Assembly (NCBI RefSeq): GCF_006345805.1
Contig: NC_042998.1
Location: 67,022,001 to 67,086,000, forward strand
Length of the DNA stretch: 64,000 nucleotides
From: Octopus sinensis
Taxonomy: Eukaryota
Direction of reading: 5' to 3'
The position numbers and the translations under genes were made by a program. The stretch's first letter is position 1; every line of letters starts with the position of its first letter. This document shows positions 56,605 to 64,000 of this stretch, one piece after another. Under the pieces are notes generated by a model. That model saw only the letters and a program-made list of their open reading frames with translations. It ran no database searches and was not told the origin of the DNA.

Positions 56605-57554
56605 CTAAAGGCGTTAAAATATTACCTTTCTTTCTCCGTAATTCCTCAACGTGCAGCAATAGCAGTTATATATGCCATTGATCACATTTTAATATTGTAG
56701 ACAAGGAGAGCACTTTGAACTACATGGTTCATATAGCATTATATTTTGGAGAAACACAAGTTTTACCAAGATCAAAATGCTTTGACCATAGATCTGTTCA
56801 CACTGGTCAATCGTGGAAACGAATTGCAACAACGATAGCAACAAGAATTTACCAAATTTCTTTCAATTAATCTATAATATACTTCATGACGCATAAGTTC
56901 AATAATTAAATTATGTGTATACAGTAGTAGATAACCTCTAATCTTTGTATCTAGTACAAACTCTTTAATTAGAACATTAACATTTATTTGACTTTCACAA
57001 TAATCAATGATTTCATATGATAGCGGCGCAGCTACGCTTAATATTATACAATGAAAATATCAAATTGCTACATAAAAGTAAGCTGCATACCCCACCACAC
57101 ACACACGCACATAAATACTCACATACACACGCGCAAATAAATATATAATATCTTGTGAACAATTAGATGTACAACTGCTTCTGTTGAGATTAGAACTCCA
57201 TGTAGAGTATCACCATCCTCTCTGCTTCTAGTTTTGTAATGTGGTTTCTAGTGTACTTAGTAGTCTTACTGCATGTGGTATACAGAGCAAATGCTGGAGA
57301 AATTATAATGAAAACAAGTTTATGTAATTTTCCCGGCATAAGTTTTTTTCCATTGTTGTTATTTGCAAATACTTACTGGTTGCTCCTAATGCAACTAGAT
57401 GTTAAACCACTACAGATAATCATTTGATCTGTACAACATAATGCAATAAAGCTTTCTCTGAGGAAGACGGGACTTGGACATCCAATGCTGAAACGTACGT
57501 AGGAGAAAAATGACATAAACCTGTGATTATCATTTCAAATAGATATGTAATAGG

Positions 57555-57717
57555 CACAGATGTGGATGTGTGGTAAGAAGTTGCTTTCTAACCATATGGT
57601 TCCAAGTTCAGTTCCACTGCGAGGCGCCTTGGCCAAGTGTCTTCTACTAGCGCTTCGGGCTGACCAAAACCTGGTGAGAGAATTTGGTAGACGGAAACTG
57701 CAAAACATGCATCCGTC
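57555..57717 (+). mobile_element. tRNA-derived SINE family 1, 5' part only
   Basis: tgtggtaagaagttgctttctaaccatatggttccaagttcagttccactgcgaggcgccttggccaagtgtcttctact...tttggtagacggaaactg matches the head of the 55496 copy. Confidence 0.75.
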
Positions 57718-58408
57718 TAAATTTTTGTGGCAACAATATTGTCACATATTTATAACGCACGGAACCTAGAAAACTCTCTAAGTCGAATAATCAAACTCTG
57801 CTACAACTGAGAGATTTAATTCAGAGAATCTTTATTGTTTGGGACTGTCACTGGACACATTAACTCAACATCAACAAACATATTGTCACATAACATAAAA
57901 AACGGATGTAGTGGGGAACTTAAAAAAACTTTCTAAACCTATTTACGTGATTATCTTTGGTCACTTAAATCTTATAAGAAACAGACACTAATTTAACCCA
58001 TTGTTCTCTGTATAAAAACAAAAGAAATTTTGAATTCCAATTTTTGAATTTTTGAAGCAGGACAGTTACGACATACCTCCATATCTTTCAATCGCATCTT
58101 CTGAAAATCAGAGAAGCTGGTTAGATCTTCTGTATTTTAACCCATGTAGAAATAAATAATTTCGTTATGTATGTAAATATGTATGTATGTATCTAGCTAT
58201 CTTTCTCTGTTATATATTATAATCCATATAAATTAGGAGAAAATGGAGAGTTATCGTGTATGTATATATATATATATGTGTGTGTGCGTGTGTGTGTGTT
58301 TATATATATAAGCTAATTATATGTATAAGTTAATTATATATTTATGTATATATATGTTAATTATTTATATAAACACACACAAACACACACACACACACAT
58401 GTACACAC

Positions 58409-58452
<44 letters not shown>

Positions 58453-58903
58453 TTATATGTACGTATCTACCTTTCTTTATATGTTTGTGCATGTGTGTAT
58501 GCAATGAAAATAAGCTTATCTTTGCGTTGAATACATCAATAAACATGTAATATGTATTTCTTGTGTGTAAAAGTATTGTGAGTTTATTGTGGTTTTGGAG
58601 CCTTGGCTCTAATTTTAAGAACTTGTATTATATGCCCTAATGATTCTAAATTTTATTCTGCTTGTAACCGAGTGAACTTGTTTGCAACCTTACTATTACT
58701 TTATTAATAGCATTAATAACGGTAATAATACATCTTTATTCAAAATTTATTCTTGCTCATGATAGTTTTCTTTAAATGGAGCGGGATGCTTAAACTAAAG
58801 AACGCACAAGAGCTAATGTAGTGAATATGCTAGAAATAAATTTTAAAATGTTATTTGCAACTGAAGATCTCAGAGTATGCTGGTTATTCAATCAATTCGT
58901 ACT

Positions 58904-58940
<37 letters not shown>

Positions 58941-59263
58941 CTTTCTTACTTACTGATGTATTCAACGCAATGCTAAGCCTATTTCTAATATGTTTATTGT
59001 GTATCTTATTGTGAGTTCATAGTGGTTACGAGGCTTGCCCTTGATTTTAGCAAGTAGTATTATATACCTTTTCCGGTTCTAAATTGGCCAACGATGTGAA
59101 CTTGCTGGTCACCTTATCAATACATTATTAATACAATTGATAACGGTAAAAATACACCATTATGTAATATATATGTGTGGGGTGTGTATGTGTGTCTAGG
59201 TGTGTGTGTATGTGCGTGTGTGTGTGTGTGTGTGTGTATGTGCGTGTGTGTGTGTGTGTGTGT

Positions 59264-59634
59264 GGAGGCGCAATGGCCTATTGGTAAGGGCAGCAGGCTC
59301 GCGGTCGTGGTCGTGGGATCGCGGTTTCAATTCCCAGACCGGGCTTTCTGAGTGTTTATTGACCGAAAACACTTAAAGCTGCACGAGGCTGCGGCGAATC
59401 TTGCTGTACTCTTCACCACAACTTTCTCCCACTGTTTCTTCCTGTTTCTGTTATACCTGTATTTCAAAGGGCCAACCTTGTGACACTGTGTTTCACGCTG
59501 AATCTCCCCGAGAACTACGTTAAGGGTACATGTGTCTGTGGAGTGCTCAGCCACTTACACGTTAATTTCACGAGCAGGCTGTTCCGTTGATCGGATCAAC
59601 TAGAACCCTCGTCGTCATGACCGACGGAGTACCA
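59264..59634 (+). mobile_element. tRNA-derived SINE family 4, full length (copy in first duplicate unit)
   Basis: The head GGAGGCGCAATGGCCTATTGGTAAGGGCAGC...GGTTTCAATTCCC has A- and B-box-like motifs. The 3' end carries small stem-loops (GTTGAT-CGG-ATCAAC; CGTCG-TCATGAC-CGACG). It follows a (TG)n tract. Confidence 0.8.
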
Positions 59635-59643
59635 CGATATATT

Positions 59644-59674
<31 letters not shown>

Positions 59675-60459
59675 CATATTATATGTACGTATCTACCTTT
59701 CTTTATATGTTTGTGCATGTGTGTATGCAATGAAAATAAGCTTATCTTTGCGTTGAATACATCAATAAACATGTAATATGTATTTCTTGTGTGTAAAAGT
59801 ATTGTGAGTTTATTGTGGTTTTGGAGCCTTAGCTCTAATTTTAAGAACTTGTATTATATGCCCTAATGATTCTAAATTTTATTCTGCTTGTAACCGAGTG
59901 AACTTGTTTGCAACCTTACTATTACTTTATTAATAGCATTAATAACGGTAATAATACATCTTTATTCAAAATTTATTCTTGCTCATGATAGTTTTCTTTA
60001 AATGGAGCGGGATGCTTAAACTAAAGAACGCACAAGAGCTAATGTAGTGAATATGCTAGAAATAAATTTTAAAATGTTATTTGCAACTGAAGATCTCAGA
60101 GTATGCTGGTTATTCAATCAATTCGTACTGAGATATATATATATATATATATATATATTACTTTCTTACTTACTGATGTATTCAACGCAATGCTAAGCCT
60201 ATTTCTAATATGTTTATTGTGTATCTTATTGTGAGTTCATAGTGGTTACGAGGCTTGCCCTTGATTTTAGCAAGTAGTATTATATACCTTTTCCGGTTCT
60301 AAATTGGCCAACGATGTGAACTTGCTGGTCACCTTATCAATACATTATTAATACAATTGATAACGGTAAAAATCCACCATTATGTAATATATATGTGTGG
60401 GGTGTGTATGTGTGTCTAGGTGTGTGTGTATGTGCGTGTGTGTGTGTGTGTGTGTGTGT

Positions 60460-60824
60460 GGAGGCGCAATGGCCTATTGGTAAGGGCAGCAGGCTCGCGG
60501 TCGTGGGATCGCGGTTTCAATTCCCAGACCGGGCTTTCTAAGTGTTTATTGACCGAAAACACTTAAAGCTGCACGAGGCTGCGGCGAATCTTGCTGTACT
60601 CTTCACCACAACTTTCTCCCACTGTTTCTTCCTGTTTCTGTTATACCTGTATTTAAAAGGGCCAACCTTGTGACACTGTGTTTCACGCTGAATCTCCCCG
60701 AGAACTACGTTAAGGGTACATGTGTCTGTGGAGTGCTCAGCCACTTACACGTTAATTTCACGAGCAGGCTGTTCCGTTGATCGGATCAACTAGAACCCTC
60801 GTCGTCATGACCGACGGAGTACCA
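60460..60824 (+). mobile_element. tRNA-derived SINE family 4, full length (copy in second duplicate unit)
   Basis: Nearly identical to 59264-59634 (2 SNPs and one 6-bp indel seen). Confidence 0.8.
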
Positions 60825-60829
60825 CGATA

Positions 60830-60898
<69 letters not shown>

Positions 60899-60936
60899 GA
60901 GAGAGAGAGAATGAGAAGCAGAGATAGATATAGATG

Positions 60937-60995
<59 letters not shown>

Positions 60996-61019
60996 GGATA
61001 GATAGATATAATATTCCTG

Positions 61020-61404
61020 AGTGTGTTGTGAAGAAGCTCCCTTTGAACGCATATAGTTTCTGGTTATACATTATTGTGCGGCGCCTTGGGCTAATCACTT
61101 GGACTGTAGCCGCAGGTAAACATGTTTCTTTTGATCGAATTTGGTAGACGGTAACTGTGGAAGTTCGTCGTATATATATGTGCGTGCATGTGCATTTGTG
61201 CGTGTGTGTGCGTTTTGCGTGTGTGTGTCGGTGTGTCAGTTCGTCCGTCCGTCTGTTTGTCCGTGCCTGTCTGTGCGTGTGTGTTTGTACCTGCTCTCCC
61301 ATCTACCTGTCAAGCAGTGTTGTTCTGTTTATGAAACTCTAAAACAACTAGTGTCAATCAATTCGATAGAACCCTTCCTGCCGATACCAGAGCATCATCA
61401 CAGT
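61020..61404 (+). mobile_element. tRNA-derived SINE family 1, heavily degraded
   Basis: Retains gcgccttgggc, tttggtagacggtaactg and tcgtcgtatata in the family 1 order, with an internal (TG)/(TCCG) tract and the tail motif aatgactaaaagtagtaa. Confidence 0.5.
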
Positions 61405-63698
61405 ACAATGACTAAAAGTAGTAATTGATGTTGAATGAAATATATCTGTTTATGCGTATGTGTCGGTGTATGTGTATATACACATATATAAATATATATA
61501 TTATGTATTTCTCATCATTTATTGTTTTAGTAGCATATTCAAATACCTCCATAAACGTAATTGTATGTCATTTAAGCCTATGACTATTTGATATTAATAC
61601 AATACTAATATAAATTATTAATTTTAAATATATTGTTTCTATTGCAGGTAAGGAATCTTCTATTCAGTTGAGCGATTGCAGTTTGTCGGTAAGATTGCAT
61701 TTCATACATTCTCGTTTAAATGCCTCTATTACTTGTGTGTTTCTAGTTTGACGTTCATAAATGTGATTGGATATCCAAAATGGTTTCTATTTAGTATCAC
61801 ACTGTATGTGATAACACACGTCTAATTCCCACAAATGTGTTGAAAGACGAATTTTCGGTGACACATGAACACAAATTCTGCAATTTCATTTACCGTTTAA
61901 GTCTTTCGCAGAGGAAGTAACAGATATATAACGCATAAAACTTTAAATTATTCGAAATCTATTCTAGATTCCTATTTAAAATTTCAATTCTCTAAAGATT
62001 CATTATTTGTATGTGTTTATGCGTGTGTTTTAGAAATTTTAAATACAGAATACATTTATATAAGTATGTGTATACATACATACATATATATAGGGACATA
62101 TATGGATAAGTATGTATGTATATAAAATCATACACTTATATGCATACGTATATATATATATATATATCCGTACATAAGTAAACGCATATATATATATATA
62201 TATATGTATATGTATATATATATGTATGCATATATGTGTGTGTATGTTTGCATGTATGTATGCATGTATGTATAGCTATCAATTTAATAATTTGTCTGTG
62301 TATTATGAATCAATCTAACCGTCCATCGCTTTAAATACGAACCGATTTATCTTCGTATCTCACTGCCTACATGTCTTTATATCTCTATATGTTCAGCAGT
62401 CTTGCACGCACAAACCAACGTTCTCAAAATAGACTTTAATAATATAGTATATAATCATAGGTTAATGATATTGTTGGAATAAAGTAGCCGGTCAATTTCC
62501 TTCCTTTTTATTCCTTCATAACTAGATTCAGAATATGGAAAATGGAAATTCAAGAATAGAATTATTAAAGCTTGTCTCACAATTCGGTTGACTGCTGTCA
62601 TAAATGACATTGGAATGTTATGTGTTTTTAAATTGAAAGGGTCTCTAGATAGATAGTTTTCCCGCCTCACTAATTTCCCTATCTCGCAAAATATCTGAAT
62701 TGTTTGACATTTTGATATGGCTTCAGATATTGGCTGAGACCAAGAAACTTATGTGTGTACACGCACACAGACGTACAGTCACGCACAAATTTATTCGGTT
62801 CATTACATAAATACCGATGAACAAAGATGTGGAGAGTGGCACATGCCTGGACTTCATTTCTTCTTTACGCAAGTTTAAATGCCTATACATATATATGTAT
62901 GCATATAAATACATATATGTATTTATGTATGAATGTATATATGTATGTGCGTTTATATATGTATATATGTAGATATACATGTATGTGCGTGAGTGTGCAC
63001 ACGCGCGTCTATTTACTCGCAAATGCACATGTGTATGTATAGTTATGCATGTAGCTGAGTATATATAACTCATCGTTGCACCGCGTTTCTTTGCCGGTGT
63101 TCGGAATTTAACTTTAACGATTATCCAAAGATTAGAAGCTACAATTTCTGAGGAGTGATTTCATAAAATATGGGCCGAAGCATTTTAACATAATTGTTGG
63201 TGTGCCTCTCAAAGCGTAAAGCTTTATCGTGTTTTAAATTGTGCACACCTTATAGTATATTAAGCGTAAAGAAAAAAATGATGATGGAAACTAAAAGGAT
63301 ATCCAGATAAGGAAATTGTATAAACCGAAGACGATTACAGCATAAAATTAGCCTTGTTCCCCTCGTATTTTAATGTATTATGATAATATATAAATTGTCA
63401 TTTCAAGATCTGCCAGACGCATTCGTCTTGTGCTGTGAAGCTGTTAAATGTAAAAGGCACTTCAATCTATAATCCCATACGTCCAGTAACCAGCATCGCG
63501 GTTGCATTTATAATTGCAGAGTCTGTTTTTTAGTTCTTGTTTGAGAGAAACGGAAATTTTTGTACCAGAATGTACGACAAGAAGAGACCGTCTTGATGGT
63601 GGATTATACTGCTAGGAATAATCACGATATATTCTTTTAATAACACGATACAAAAGTAAGGAACTGAGGTAAACATCATGTATTGGAACCCTACTTAC

Positions 63699-63756
63699 CC
63701 TCAAAACGACGGAATAATCATGCAGGGCGTACTGTTTCTCTTTGACAAGAGATGAC
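63699..63756 (-). CDS. Candidate internal coding exon (58 nt) of an unidentified minus-strand gene; peptide SSLVKEKQYALHDYSVVLR
   Basis: Acceptor gttgtttttattttggcccag| and consensus donor AGG|gtaagt. Only one of three frames is open. The peptide resembles, from memory, a DEP-domain N-terminus; this assignment is uncertain. No other exon could be linked to it. Confidence 0.4.
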
Positions 63757-64000
63757 CTGGGCCAAAATAAAAACAACTTTCTAGAACATCAGGTGCCGTC
63801 CTTTTTCTGTTCGTTTCCTCAACTAACGTTCGGAATTACAATTAATATTTTATCGCATGGACCCCCGTATAATAATACCTTACGCCACGTTGAAGATGTT
63901 AAACTTTGGTCACTATCTTGTCATTAAATAAAATGCTAAATGATGACGTAGAATTTAGTGAAAACCGTAATCAATAATGGATTACAAAATCATGACTTTA

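Larger units (their letters stand above)
58459..60830 (+). repeat. Head-to-tail duplication of a unit of about 1.2 kb (58459-59640 and 59685-60830)
   Basis: Both units begin gtacgtatctacctttctttat and end gagtaccacgatat. I found about 4 SNPs, one 6-bp indel and microsatellite length differences. Junctions lie in (TA)n. Confidence 0.92.

Noticed and set aside
59264-59340. tRNA-like sequence (also at 60460, 55496 and 9750)
   Set aside because: It has A/B boxes but no complete cloverleaf or acceptor stem, and it continues into a repeated SINE body, so it is not a tRNA gene.

Overview
AT-rich, microsatellite-saturated animal genomic DNA, with no multi-exon gene that I can reconstruct. The repeat landscape resembles octopod cephalopod (Octopus-like) DNA; this is an inference from recalled SINE families, not a database match. 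Most ORFs in the supplied track are microsatellite translations and none is an identifiable protein. Supported content: four families of tRNA-derived SINEs, a non-autonomous Helitron (21178-21536), a TA-flanked MITE (10674-10860), a decayed restriction-like-endonuclease LINE fragment (20659-21057), two near-identical local duplications (47.2-50.3 kb, 58.5-60.8 kb) and one candidate minus-strand exon (63699-63756). The most interesting object is a 1,028-bp non-coding element at 42003-43030, inserted in a (TA)n tract. It is built from a 480-bp tandem unit plus an inverted partial copy. It carries two complete type I hammerhead ribozyme motifs on opposite strands, each with an unusually long (about 60 nt) stem II insertion, plus a third half motif. 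It looks like a retrozyme or Penelope-like-element derivative.
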